A stretch of 64,000 nt of DNA from Nitrosopumilus sp. GTDB taxonomy: Archaea; Thermoproteota; Nitrososphaeria; Nitrososphaerales; Nitrosopumilaceae. Numbering within the stretch: position 1 is the first letter of the stretch; every line of letters begins with the position of its first letter. The notes under the pieces were generated by a model. The model saw nothing but the letters and a program-made list of their open reading frames with translations. It had not been told where the DNA came from and did not search any database. The translations under genes and the position numbers were made by a program. Of this stretch, positions 42,601 through 53,113 are shown one piece after another. The DNA is taken from contig OY763927.2 in the NCBI GenBank assembly GCA_963667665.2, forward strand, positions 1,820,961-1,884,960, given 5' to 3'.

Positions 42601-45521
42601 GAGGTCGCCGTTGAAGGAGGAGGCGGAGTTGAACATGCCGGACATGTCAGTGACAGAAGAGACGTCCCATCCGGAGAGGTCGCCATCAAAGTCAGAGGTG
42701 TAGAAGAACATGCTGGCCATGTCGGTGACAGAGGAGACGTCCCAGCTGGAGAGGTCGCCGTTGAAGGAGAAGGCGGAGTTGAACATGTCGGACATGTCAG
42801 TGACAGAAGAGACGTTCCAGCTGTTGAGGGGTTGGTTGAAGGAGGAGGCGGAGTTGAACATGCCGTTCATGTTACTGACCGAGGAGACGTTCCAGCTGTT
42901 GAGGGGTTGGTTGAAAACACTGGTAAAGGCGAACATGCCGGACATGTCAGTCACCTTTGAGACATCCCAGCCGTTGAGGGGTTGGTTGAAGGAGGAGGCG
43001 GAGTTGAACATGCCGGACATGTCAGTGACAGAGGAGACGTCCCATCCGGAGAGGTCGCCATCAAAGTCAGAGGTGTAGAAGAACATGTAGGACATGTCGG
43101 TGACCGAGGAGACGTCCCATCTGGAGAGGTCGCCGTTGAAGGAGGAGGCGGAGTTGAACATGCCGGACATGTCGGTGACAGAAGAGACGTCCCATCCGGA
43201 GAGGTCGCCATCAAAGTCAGAGGTGTAGAAGAACATGCTGGCCATGTCGGTGACAGAGGAGACGTCCCAGCTGGAGAGGTCGCCGTTGAAGGAGGAGGCG
43301 GAGTTGAACATGCCGTTCATGTCGGTGACAGAAGAGACGTTCCAGCTGTTGAGGGGTTGGTTGAAGGAGGAGGCGGAGTTGAACATGCCGTTCATGTTAC
43401 TGACCGAGGAGACGTTCCAGCTGTTGAGGGGTTGGTTGAAGACACTGGTAAAGGCGAACATGCCGGACATGTCAGTCACCTTTGAGACATCCCAGCCGTT
43501 GAGGGGTTGGTTGAAGGAGGAGGCGGAGTTGAACATGCCGGACATGTCAGTGACAGAGGAGACGTCCCATCCGGAGAGGTCGCCATCAAAGAGGTGTAGA
43601 AGAACATGTAGGACATGTCGGTGACCGAGGAGACGTCCCATCTGGAGAGGTCGCCGTTGAAGGAGGAGGCGGAGTTGAACATGCCGGACATGTCGGTGAC
43701 AGAAGAGACGTCCCATCCGGAGAGGTCGCCATCAAAGTCAGAGGTGTAGAAGAACATGCTGGCCATGTCGGTGACAGAGGAGACGTCCCAGCTGGAGAGG
43801 TCGCCGTTGAAGGAGGAGGCGGAGTTGAACATGCCGTTCATGTCGGTGACAGAAGAGACGTTCCAGCTGTTGAGGGGTTGGTTGAAGGAGGAGGCGGAGT
43901 TGAACATGCCGTTCATGTTACTGACCGAGGAGACGTTCCAGCTGTTGAGGGGTTGGTTGAAGACACTGGTAAAGGCGAACATGCCGGACATGTCAGTCAC
44001 CTTTGAGACATCCCAGCCGTTGAGGGGTTGGTTGAAGGAGGAGGCGGAGTTGAACATGCCGGACATGTCAGTGACAGAGGAGACGTCCCATCCGGAGAGG
44101 TCGCCATCAAAGTCAGAGGTGTAGAAGAACATGTAGGACATGTCGGTGACCGAGGAGACGTCCCATCCGGAGAGGTCGCCGTTGAAGGAGGAGGCAGAGT
44201 TGAACATGCCGGACATGTCAGTGACAGAAGAGACGTCCCATCCGGAGAGGTCGCCATCAAAGTCAGAGGTGTAGAAGAACATGCCGGCCATGTCGGTGAC
44301 AGAAGAGACGTCCCATCCGGAGAGGTCGCCATCAAAGTCAGAGGTGTAGAAGAACATGTCGGACATGTCGGTGACAGAAGAGACGTCCCAGCTGGAGAGG
44401 TCGCCGTTGAAGGAGAAGGCGGAGTTGAACATGTCGGACATGTCGGTGACAGAAGAGACGTCCCAGCTGTTGAGGGGTTGGTTGAAGGAGGAGGCGGAGT
44501 TGAACATGCCGTTCATGTTTGTGACAGAGGAGACATTCCAGTCGGAGAGGGTGCCGTCAAAGGAGGTGGCGCTGAAGAACATGGATGACATGTCGGTGAC
44601 AGAGGAGACGTTCCAGCTGTTGAGGGGCTGGTTGAAGGAGGCGGCGTTGTGGAACATGCCGTACATATCCCTGACAGACGAGACGTCCCAGGATGAGAGG
44701 TCGCCGTCAAAGGATGTGGCACTAACGAACATGGAGGACATGTCGGTGACAAGACTCAGGTCCGGCGTGTCAGTGGCCATGTAGGTCATGTTGGAGGCTC
44801 CGGCAAAGGCGTTACTCATGTTGGTCCAGGATATGCTGCCCCACTGGTCTATCGAGGCAAGCTCGGGTACGAGGCCGGGTAAGCTAAAGGAGTCGGGAGG
44901 CCTGTCCAATGTAAGTCCTGTCAGGCCGCCGGTCACAGAGACCGTGTAGTTGCCTGCATCTTCATAGGTGTGGGTCTGGGGTCCCGAGAGGTTCGTCTCA
45001 GTCATACCGTCCCCCCATGAGATGTTCATGTCGTCTCCCACAAAGTTGATGGTGATGCTCTGGTCTGCCGATGCCGTCTTCCACGTGGTCACAAACGCGT
45101 CGGCGGGAGGAGTCTGGGCAAAGGCATACTGGGGCTGCGGCACGAATGTGGTGATATCATTCACACCATCAAGCTTCAGGCTGACGGTATCTGCGATATT
45201 ATCAACGGCAGTCAAACTCAATACTGCATGCACCGCATAGGCAGCATCCAGCACGCCTGTAAACAACATATCTGCAAACGTGTCTGCAATTTGGCAGGCA
45301 ACACTCAGGTTCGTCATCTCCTCCCATGCTGTTACTGCCTGCACAGGGGCGTGCTCAGACAGCCCTGTATCAGGCGTGTTGTAGCTGCCGTCTGTTCCGG
45401 CCAGAGTCGCACCGATACAGCCTGACTGTGCAGCCAGGAGAATGCCTGCAGATATGGCAAACACCGCAATGACTGACAGTACGTGTACGGTGCGAATCTG
45501 GGGGTATAAATGACGGTTCAA
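30580..45521 (-). CDS. Giant DUF285 + Ig-like/P-domain surface protein copy A (~4980 aa if a 4-bp gap at ~43590 is repaired); C-terminus truncated by IS630
   Basis: ORFs 43476..45521 and 30580..43716 join: CCATCAAAGAGGTG at ~43590 lacks the GTCA seen in the other units of this type. Confidence 0.88.
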
Positions 45522-45659
45522 GTGCTGTCACCTCCCCCCATGTCTCCAAAAGATGACATTAGACGATCCGATTGCAAAATGACGTTATAATTATGACTAG
45601 AAATCAATGATCTGTTTTTTATTATAAAATATTTATGTCTATAGGTTATAGTCCGAAAA

Positions 45660-46703
45660 TCTATTGTACGAAAATTAGGTCCAGCTAAGATCAAGCTTAC
45701 CGTAAAGGATTATTTTGCCTTGCATCGATCAAGAAAAAAGATGACAAAACGTTTGACTGCCAAGGCCATACGTTACGCAATGGGGCAGATCAAGAAAGGC
45801 ACGAGTTCGTCGGCGGTAGCAGTCCAGATAGGTGTGACTCCACGGCACGTAAGGAGACTTTGGGCAGAGTTTTGTGCTACCGGATCTCCACACATCCCCA
45901 GAATGCCAGGGCGACCGGCGACCTGGCCGTCCTCAGACGAGGTGCAACTGGTACTGGACGAGCACAGGCGAGAAGATGTGGGCGTGCTGCGCACCGCGAT
46001 GAACCTGCGAAAAGATTATGATGTAAGCTACGCCAAGGTATACCAGGTCATGAAGGAGAACGGACTGGTGGTTCTGTCGACTGCCAAATCCCGCAGGCGG
46101 AAGTGGATACGCTACGAACGGAAGCATTCCAATTCAATGTGGCATACGGACTGGCACGTCATGAAGGATCCGCGCTTTCGCGGCCTGAACCTCATAACCT
46201 ACCTTGATGATGCATCCAGGTGCGTGACAGGTGCAAGGCTGTTCAAGGAAGCCACGTCAGAGAACGCGGTCGTGGCGCTCAGGCAGGCCATCAGGGAGTT
46301 TGGGACTCCTGCAACCATACTGTCAGACAATGGATCGTGCTTTGTAGGCAGGGGCGGCCGCAAGAAGCTTACCGGCACCTGGACTCCGACCATCTTTGAG
46401 AACGAGCTGCTGAACCTTGGCATAGAGTTGATCAATTCAAGACCGTATCACTCTCAGACCAACGGCAAGCTTGAACGGTTCCACAGGAGCATTGAGGAGG
46501 AGATACACCACTACGAGAGCCTGTCCGAGTACATTGAATACTACAACGAGAGACGACTCCACTTTTCGCTGGACATGCACAACTACGAGACCCCGCTCAA
46601 GGCGTTTTCTGCCAGGAAGGCTACAGAAGCAATCAGGACAAATGACCCACAATGGATGGAGGTAGACACAAATGACTAGCGGACATAATTTTCATATATT
46701 ACA
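45660..46703 (+). mobile_element. IS481-like insertion sequence (left end degenerate or uncertain)
   Basis: Right end reverse complement TGTAATATATGAAAATTATGTCCGCTA (TGT terminus); related TCTATTGTACGAAAATTAGGTCCAGCTA at 45660-45687. Confidence 0.75.
45741..46679 (+). CDS. IS481-family DDE (rve) transposase, intact
   Basis: HTH N-terminus; WHTDW, YLDDASR, ILSDNGSCF, NGKLERFHRS. Confidence 0.9.
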   Translation: MTKRLTAKAIRYAMGQIKKGTSSSAVAVQIGVTPRHVRRLWAEFCATGSPHIPRMPGRPATWPSSDEVQLVLDEHRREDVGVLRTAMNLRKDYDVSYAKVYQVMKENGLVVLSTAKSRRRKWIRYERKHSNSMWHTDWHVMKDPRFRGLNLITYLDDASRCVTGARLFKEATSENAVVALRQAIREFGTPATILSDNGSCFVGRGGRKKLTGTWTPTIFENELLNLGIELINSRPYHSQTNGKLERFHRSIEEEIHHYESLSEYIEYYNERRLHFSLDMHNYETPLKAFSARKATEAIRTNDPQWMEVDTND

Positions 46704-47044
46704 ACGTTGCCTTTTGCCGTCTGTCTTGTTCCGTTCTTCTTTAGTCTGCCTGAATCGCAGTATTTGCATAGTTTGAGCTGTGATCTTTCCATGATTCGAA
46801 ATGTGTTGTTCTTTCTGCACTTGTTATTCTTCACTATCTCTAGTACAATTTTGATGTGCTTGCAGTCTGCCTTTCGAAACCTGTGATCAGGACATTCGCA
46901 AACTAAACCGTTTGCCGTCTCTCTTACTGCATACCTCTTTTCAGGGTTTGTCTGTGATCTGACTGAAAATGTATTTGCATCAATCTGTGAGCAGTGACCC
47001 TGTGTTTCCATAATCTGTTTTGCTTTTTGAGTTCTTGTGTTCAT
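46704..47044 (-). pseudogene. N-terminus of a SWIM-finger/zinc-ribbon transposase, truncated by the IS481-like end
   Basis: CECPDH...CKH SWIM motif, then CKYC...KKNGTR half zinc ribbon cut at 46704. Confidence 0.7.
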
Positions 47045-47133
47045 ACCATACTGTACTTTTTAACTACATATATACTATACGTTTTGACTATATGTAGGAA
47101 ACAGTTATATGATAACCAAATTCATGTTTGCAT

Positions 47134-47277
47134 ATGAGCATGAAAGTAGATGGTGCATATTGGCGACACGAGTGCAATAGATGCAATGAGATTTGGTATA
47201 GTAGGAACGAATCACCAAAGAACTGCAACAACAAAAAGTGTAATTCCCCATACTGGAACAAGGAAAGGGTACGTTAG
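47134..47277 (+). CDS. 47-aa zinc-finger protein
   Basis: MSMKVDGAYWRHECNRCNEIWYSRNESPKNCNNKKCNSPYWNKERVR, read manually. Confidence 0.65.
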   Translation: MSMKVDGAYWRHECNRCNEIWYSRNESPKNCNNKKCNSPYWNKERVR

Positions 47278-48027
47278 TTCATGTCCCCTGACAAAATAAT
47301 CGGGGGAGGAGCTTGCAAAAAATACCCTCTACTTTGGCGATAACCTAGACATTTTACAAAAACACATCATAGATGAATCTGTTGATCTTATCTATCTTGA
47401 TTCTCCATTCAACTCAAAAGCTGCTTACAATATACTATTCAAAACACCTGACAATATTGAATCTCCTGCACAGATAACAGCTTTTGAGGATTCATGGCAT
47501 TGGACTAGTGAATCAGAGCTGGCTTATGGGCAGTTATTGAATACAAGTACAACTGTCTCATCAGTGATCAGAGGTATGAGAGAAGCTATAGGTGAAAATG
47601 ATATGATGGCGTATCTTGTCATGATGACAATCAGATTAATTGAACTGTACAGGGTTCTAAAAAATACCGGAAGTCTATATTTACACTGTGACCCTACTGC
47701 AAGTCATTATCTGAAGATAATTCTGGATGCAATCTTTCAGCCACAGAATTTTAGAAGAGAGATAATTTGGGATATTGCGGTTTTGTCAGGTTATAAAACA
47801 CAGGCCAAGAACTGGATCAGGGGGCACGACACACTATTTTATTATGTAAAATCAAGTGATTTCACTTTTAATAAGCAAACTCAGCCACACAGACAAGAAT
47901 ATCTTGCTCGTTTTAACAAAACTGACGAGAATGGTAAAAAATATTTTGACGGTAGAGGAAAGCGCAGATACCTCGATGATGTGGTAAAAAAAGGCAAGGC
48001 AATAGGCGATGTCTGGTCTGATATTAT

Positions 48028-48905
48028 CAACTCATCCTAAAACAGATCATTTTGTAAACATTTGATGATAGTATGGATCTAACAATAACATCTATCAAAT
48101 CATTTCTATGATTCATAAAGAACTAACAGACAAACAGTGGAAATCAATTATACCACATTTACCAAAACCTGCAAGAACAGGCAGACCAAGATGTGATGAT
48201 AGAACAACAATTAATGGAATTCTATTTGTTCTAACTGTTGGATGCAGATGGGAAGAATTACCAGAAAAGTATGGTTCCAAATCAACTACACATCTACGAT
48301 TACAAGACTGGCAGCAAAAAGGAGTATGGAAAAAGATTCTTTCTGGAATAATGAAATCAGCTTACAAACAAAACAAGATTAATCTGCAAAAGATATCAGT
48401 TGATTCATCATCAATTTCCAATAAAAAAGGGGCAACGTAACTGGATATGATGGTTTCAAGAAGATTCTAGGTACAAAAATACATGTTGCCGTAGATAGTA
48501 ATGGATTGCCAATATCAATTGTATGCAGTCCTGCAAATCAACATGATAGTACGAAATTTATCGATGTCATGGAATCAATTTCAGATTTTGTAGATGATTC
48601 TATGATAGAAGAGATCGTATCAGTGTATGCAGACAAGGGCTATGATGCAAAATACATCAGGAATTATCTGAGAAATCATTCTATCAGATGCTGCATTCCA
48701 TACAGGAATAATTCCAAATTCATCGTACCAAATAACATGCAGAACAATTACAACAAGACAAGGTTTGTTGTTGAGAGATTCTTTGCATGGTTGAAGAATG
48801 GATTTCATAGAACAAGAATCAGATATGAGAAGAACTGTGATAATTATCTTGGGTTTGTGTATTTGGCATCAATTATGATGTACTGGAGAGTTTTAGGATA
48901 AGTTG
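48028..48905 (+). mobile_element. IS5-family IS (two-ORF, IS427-like)
   Basis: TIRs CAACTCATCCTAAAAC and (reverse complement) CAACTTATCCTAAAAC; 3-bp TSD TAT; removing it restores the MTase frame (DIMSFQ). Confidence 0.92.
48108..48901 (+). CDS. IS5 transposase orfA/orfB joined by a probable -1 frameshift
   Basis: LTDKQW..GCRW, VDSS; slippery AAAAAAGGGG at ~48423; ADKGYD, RFVVERFFAW. Confidence 0.85.
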
Positions 48906-49805
48906 TATGTCATTTCAACAGACGCCGACTTCCAAAGAAAGGATGGGTTATCCAACACAAAAACCACTAAGCTTACTTGAAAGAGTAATTAACTCCAGTT
49001 CAAATCAGGGTGATGTGGTATTGGATCCGTTTTGCGGATGCGGTACGGCAGTTCATGCATCTCAAAAGCTAAACCGCAGATGGATAGGGATAGACATAAC
49101 ACATCTGGCTATAGGTCTTATTGAAAAGAGAATGAAGGATGCATTTGGAGTCAGCGTAGAAGTGAGGGGGACCCCCAACTCTTTTGAATCTGCAAAAGAT
49201 TTGGCAAGACGCAACAAATTCCAGTTTGAGGCATGGGCAGTTACGCTAATTCCAAACGTGCTGCCAAATAGAAGACAGACAGGAGATAAAGGAATCGACG
49301 GGAGGGGATACATACAGTTGGGAACCAACAAAGATGGAAAGCGAATTGATGTCAAAATCATAGTATCTGTAAAAGGCGGAGATAGCCTAAATCCAGGAAT
49401 GGTCAGAGATTTGATTGGAACCATGGACAGTGAAAAGGCAGAACTGGGAGTCTTTGTCTGTCTGAGAGAACCTACAAGAAAGATGAAAGAGGCAGCAGCA
49501 ACAGCAGGAATATTTGAAACCCCTTTTGGGGAACAGTATCCGAAATTACAGATTTACACCATATCGGATTATTTCAAGAGAATCAAGCCAAACCTGCCGT
49601 CACTGGCAGATTTTATCAGAGCTCCACGGTCAGAAACGGAGCCAAAAGGAAAACAGATCACGTTGTAGGATGTTTGATGACATTATGGCCATGCCTCAAA
49701 ACTCAGCTCTAGATAACTTCACAGAACCATTATAAGTATTGTTTAAACAGCCAGTTATTACATAATTACCAAGTTCTCTAAATATATAACATATTAGAAA
49801 AATAA

Positions 49806-51557
49806 ATGTCACAAAATGGAAATGGTTTATTAGAATACATACCAGGTTCGCACACATTACTTGTACAAAAAAATTCTAGTCTTCCTTTAGAAGGATTTGC
49901 AGAAAACGTTCAGGGAAGTATACAAGAATATGCTGAAAATGCTAAAAGTGAAGTTGAGAAAGGATATAACTTTCTTCAATGGGTGTTAACTCGAGTTTTT
50001 GAGGCCACAGAAGATGATGCAGCAGATGCAATTGTGGATGGAGCAAACGATCTCGGAATTGATGCATATCTTCCAGTAGATTTTTCAGATAATACAATTA
50101 GATTATTCCAATCAAAATACGGCACATCACATTCACTAGAAGCAATTGCCAAATTCAAAGAAGACGTAAAACGATTACTTTCAAAAGATGTTACAAAAAT
50201 GAGACCAGAACTAGCTCAACTTGTTACAAAAATTAAAGAAAAAAATCTCAAGGTAAAATGTTGTTATGTTACAGATCAGAAAGTAGAATATGATGACGAA
50301 TTTGTCGAAATTATAGATGGTGAGAAAATAATTCAAAAATTATGGGACAGAATTAAAAAACCTGCAGCAGGTAAAAAATCCTCAATTAAACTTGAAAAAA
50401 TGCTAAAATATGAAAATACCATTCTAGGAATTTTAAAGTTACGAGAAATTACAGAATTTGTAAGTAAGAATAAAGATTATGTTTTTGAATCAAATATTAG
50501 ACAATGGATGCAATTCAAGACTACAGTTAACAAAGGTTTACGTGAAACATTACAAAATAATCCAGGCAAATTCTTCTACTATAACAATGGAATTACTATT
50601 GTCGTTAGTGACTTTGTAGAGTTAGGAGAAAATTTGATTGAACTACATGCTCCACAAATTGTCAATGGTGCACAAACATCAAATTCTATTCTTGATCATT
50701 CAAAGAGAACAAAAAACATGGAAGGTTCCATGACAGTTACAATAATCAAAGCAGATGATGAACAAGAACAAAATAATATTACAAAGTACAGAAATTCTCA
50801 AAATTCAGTTAGAGGAAAAGATCTTGTTTCACTCATGGATTTTCATAAATCAATTAAATCACAATTAAAAAATTGTGGGTACTTTTATGAAATTCAAGCA
50901 GGTTCTTTTGATACAAAATCAAAATCAAAACAGAGTGAATATGAAGGAGATGCGATATACAACAACTATCTTCCAGATAACCATAAGAAAGTCATTGTTG
51001 CTAAAGATGCGATTCAGTCATTAGTTGCAGGAATTGAACAAAGACCAACTGAAGCGTACAGTTCACCAGCACAGTTTCTTCCAAGAGGAAGAAAATATGA
51101 CGATATATTCAATGATAATTTGAAAGATGATTACAGAATTTTGTTATATCCTTATCTTGTCAAAGAATTTGCAAAAAAATCATTAAATTATGGAAAACAA
51201 GGAGGACATAAAACAAAAAGATACGCAACATTATTTTTTGTAGCAGTCTACTTTAGAATACTCCACAAAAAAATTCTTGAATCAAAAGATGACTTCAAAG
51301 TAGATGTAAGAAAACTAGAGCCTATTTTTCGTAGTTTCAAACTTAATTCCAGAATTTTAAAATTAACAGATGTAATTGTGACTAAATTTCTGGAAGATAC
51401 TGTAGTAGATGATGAAATTGAGTTAGCCAATACAAAACATAATTTTTTCTCACAACATGTTTGGAATATCACAATGCTTCGTGTAATTGATAAAAAAATT
51501 AGTCATGAAGAAGACGATATTCTAGCATTGAAAAAACTAGCAAACAGTTTATTTTAA
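49806..51557 (+). CDS. AIPR family protein
   Basis: DGANDLGID..FQSKY N-terminus; ESNIR, FFYYNNGITIV, PQIVNGAQT, NSQN motifs. Confidence 0.88.
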   Translation: MSQNGNGLLEYIPGSHTLLVQKNSSLPLEGFAENVQGSIQEYAENAKSEVEKGYNFLQWVLTRVFEATEDDAADAIVDGANDLGIDAYLPVDFSDNTIRLFQSKYGTSHSLEAIAKFKEDVKRLLSKDVTKMRPELAQLVTKIKEKNLKVKCCYVTDQKVEYDDEFVEIIDGEKIIQKLWDRIKKPAAGKKSSIKLEKMLKYENTILGILKLREITEFVSKNKDYVFESNIRQWMQFKTTVNKGLRETLQNNPGKFFYYNNGITIVVSDFVELGENLIELHAPQIVNGAQTSNSILDHSKRTKNMEGSMTVTIIKADDEQEQNNITKYRNSQNSVRGKDLVSLMDFHKSIKSQLKNCGYFYEIQAGSFDTKSKSKQSEYEGDAIYNNYLPDNHKKVIVAKDAIQSLVAGIEQRPTEAYSSPAQFLPRGRKYDDIFNDNLKDDYRILLYPYLVKEFAKKSLNYGKQGGHKTKRYATLFFVAVYFRILHKKILESKDDFKVDVRKLEPIFRSFKLNSRILKLTDVIVTKFLEDTVVDDEIELANTKHNFFSQHVWNITMLRVIDKKISHEEDDILALKKLANSLF

Positions 51558-51684
51558 ATTCAAAAGGTAGAAGTCCAACCAAGTAAAAATCTTGCAGGAG
51601 GTTTACATTGGTCAGACAGCCTACCTAAATTTAATACAAATAAGGGATATTTAACATAATTTTTCAGGTACAGTTTATTCCAGA

Positions 51685-51888
51685 ATGTTTTTTATATCGA
51701 CTAAAAAGAGAAAAGTAGCTTTGGGAACAAAACACAAATGTGCAATTTGTAGTGAAGAAATCGAACTTCATTACAAGTCTATGGAAGAATGGAAGATAGA
51801 AGGTTTCTTGTGTGGAAAATGCTATTCAAAAAAAATTGGTGAACACTATCCTGGAGAACATGTAAGAGTAAACAAGCATTTAGATTAG
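51685..51888 (+). CDS. Small zinc-binding hypothetical protein
   Basis: CAIC...LCGKCY; true start may be TTG at 51721. Confidence 0.7.
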   Translation: MFFISTKKRKVALGTKHKCAICSEEIELHYKSMEEWKIEGFLCGKCYSKKIGEHYPGEHVRVNKHLD

Positions 51889-52475
51889 TTTTGTTCTGAT
51901 TTTGAATATTTATTTACATTAAGACAATTCCATGCAAGAGGATCATCTTTTACATCTTTTTCTTCTAAAAATACAATATCAGTAATTGTTTTTTTTCTTT
52001 TTGACAAGTTTACCTGAAAACTAGCAAATTTTTTGCAATCACAATTGTTATACAAACATACATCATCATCTCCTTCATCATGATCTCTAGCTTCATGACT
52101 ACAATTGCACAAAGCATTCTTTTTTACATCACTAAGTGTTTTTTTTGCATATACACCTAATCGAAGATATGCCTCTCCTCCATGACCTTTCTTAAATCGC
52201 TCATAATTTTCAGATTTGTGTAATACTTTGAAAAAAGACAGATTAGTATCCGGTTTTTGAGAATCTGAACCCAGAATAAACCAGTATTTATCACCCATTT
52301 CTACAAATCGGATTTTGATTGATGGATTTACCCACCAATGAATAGTATCACGCCAAAGAGATGCGGATTGTTTTCTGTCAGTTAGTAAAGGAACAACATT
52401 CATTCTAAGGTCATAATATCGGTAAGCAACGCCCATAAAGTCATCAAACCAAGGAATAGAAGAATGAGAAGACAT
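51885..52475 (-). CDS. Hypothetical protein
   Basis: 196-aa ORF with a Cys/His cluster. Confidence 0.7.
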   Translation of the reverse strand: MSSHSSIPWFDDFMGVAYRYYDLRMNVVPLLTDRKQSASLWRDTIHWWVNPSIKIRFVEMGDKYWFILGSDSQKPDTNLSFFKVLHKSENYERFKKGHGGEAYLRLGVYAKKTLSDVKKNALCNCSHEARDHDEGDDDVCLYNNCDCKKFASFQVNLSKRKKTITDIVFLEEKDVKDDPLAWNCLNVNKYSKSEQN

Positions 52476-52559
52476 TGCAGAAAAATCATGTTAGAGTATA
52501 TTTATCTGATCTGAATGAACGGTAATACTCTTATATCTTAGTTTTATACAAAAGCTCAT

Positions 52560-52841
52560 ATGGCTTCCTATAGAACCAGTATGCAGATAGTTGCAGATCT
52601 ATTGACTGTTACTGAACAATCAGGACAAGAAGGCATCAAAACAACATCTCTTCTAACAAAGGCTAACTTATCACATTCAAGATTAGGTAAATTCTTAGAG
52701 AATTTGACTGGCGCTGGTCTAATTAATAAAATTGAATTTGATGGTAAGAATACTTTTGTAATTACTGGAAAAGGTAGACAATATTTGGACTCTTATGTAA
52801 AATTTGCAGGTATTGCAGAATCATTTGGATTAGAACTTTAA
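52560..52841 (+). CDS. Winged-helix transcriptional regulator
   Basis: YRTSMQIVADLL..KANLS..L...GLI..ITGKGRQYL archaeal wHTH pattern. Confidence 0.85.
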   Translation: MASYRTSMQIVADLLTVTEQSGQEGIKTTSLLTKANLSHSRLGKFLENLTGAGLINKIEFDGKNTFVITGKGRQYLDSYVKFAGIAESFGLEL

Positions 52842-52844
52842 AAT

Positions 52845-53051
52845 CTATTTTCTAGCTCTTCTCTTAGCATTTGCTTTTTGTCGTTCTTTTCTTTCTGTAT
52901 AGGAGCTATAAACAATAATAATTGCGAAACCTGCAATTCCGCCATAAAATAATGGGAGAATTAATCGAAATTCTCCAGTAGCAGGATCTACAAATGCTAT
53001 ACCTATAGTTACAATCATAAACATTAGAAGCACCATAAGATATTTGTCCAT
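52845..53051 (-). CDS. Small two-TM membrane protein
   Basis: Two hydrophobic helices, basic tail. Confidence 0.7.
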   Translation of the reverse strand: MDKYLMVLLMFMIVTIGIAFVDPATGEFRLILPLFYGGIAGFAIIIVYSSYTERKERQKANAKRRARK

Positions 53052-53113
53052 AAATTGTGTGGTTTACAAAACCATATATCTTTTTGATTTTACAAGGTGA
53101 TAATAGAAAAATT

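Larger units (their letters stand above)
1..43600. repeat. ~21-kb inverted duplication (arms 1-~22.2 kb and ~22.2-43.6 kb)
   Basis: Mirror coordinates sum to 43231 for the unique genes and 43600 for the DUF285-proximal part of the giant gene. Confidence 0.95.
47313..49668 (+). pseudogene. Beta-class N6/N4 DNA methyltransferase fused to an Mrr-like endonuclease domain, disrupted by IS5
   Basis: LYFGDNL..VDLIYLDSPF, LYLHCD, GDVWSDI|MSF, YPTQKP, DPFCGCGT; C-terminal DKGIDG..VSVKGG..VRDL. Frame at the start shifted in an A6 run. Confidence 0.85.
46704..49728 (-). mobile_element. Remnant of an IS6-like cargo transposon
   Basis: End at 49728 reads GGTTCTGTGAAGTTA on the minus strand (IS6-type GGTTCTGT terminus); encloses the MTase, a zinc finger and the SWIM transposase start. 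Confidence 0.55.

Noticed and set aside
115-45425. Many 60-190 aa ORFs overlapping the giant genes and transposases
   Set aside because: Antisense or alternate-frame shadows that recur with the repeat period.
19470-45521. Diversity-generating retroelement acting on giant gene copies
   Set aside because: No reverse transcriptase in the window, and differences between copies are not adenine-specific.
47281-47330. Phase-variable homopolymer at the MTase start
   Set aside because: The G5 and A6 runs are short, the assembly is indel-prone, and the gene is already disrupted by IS5.
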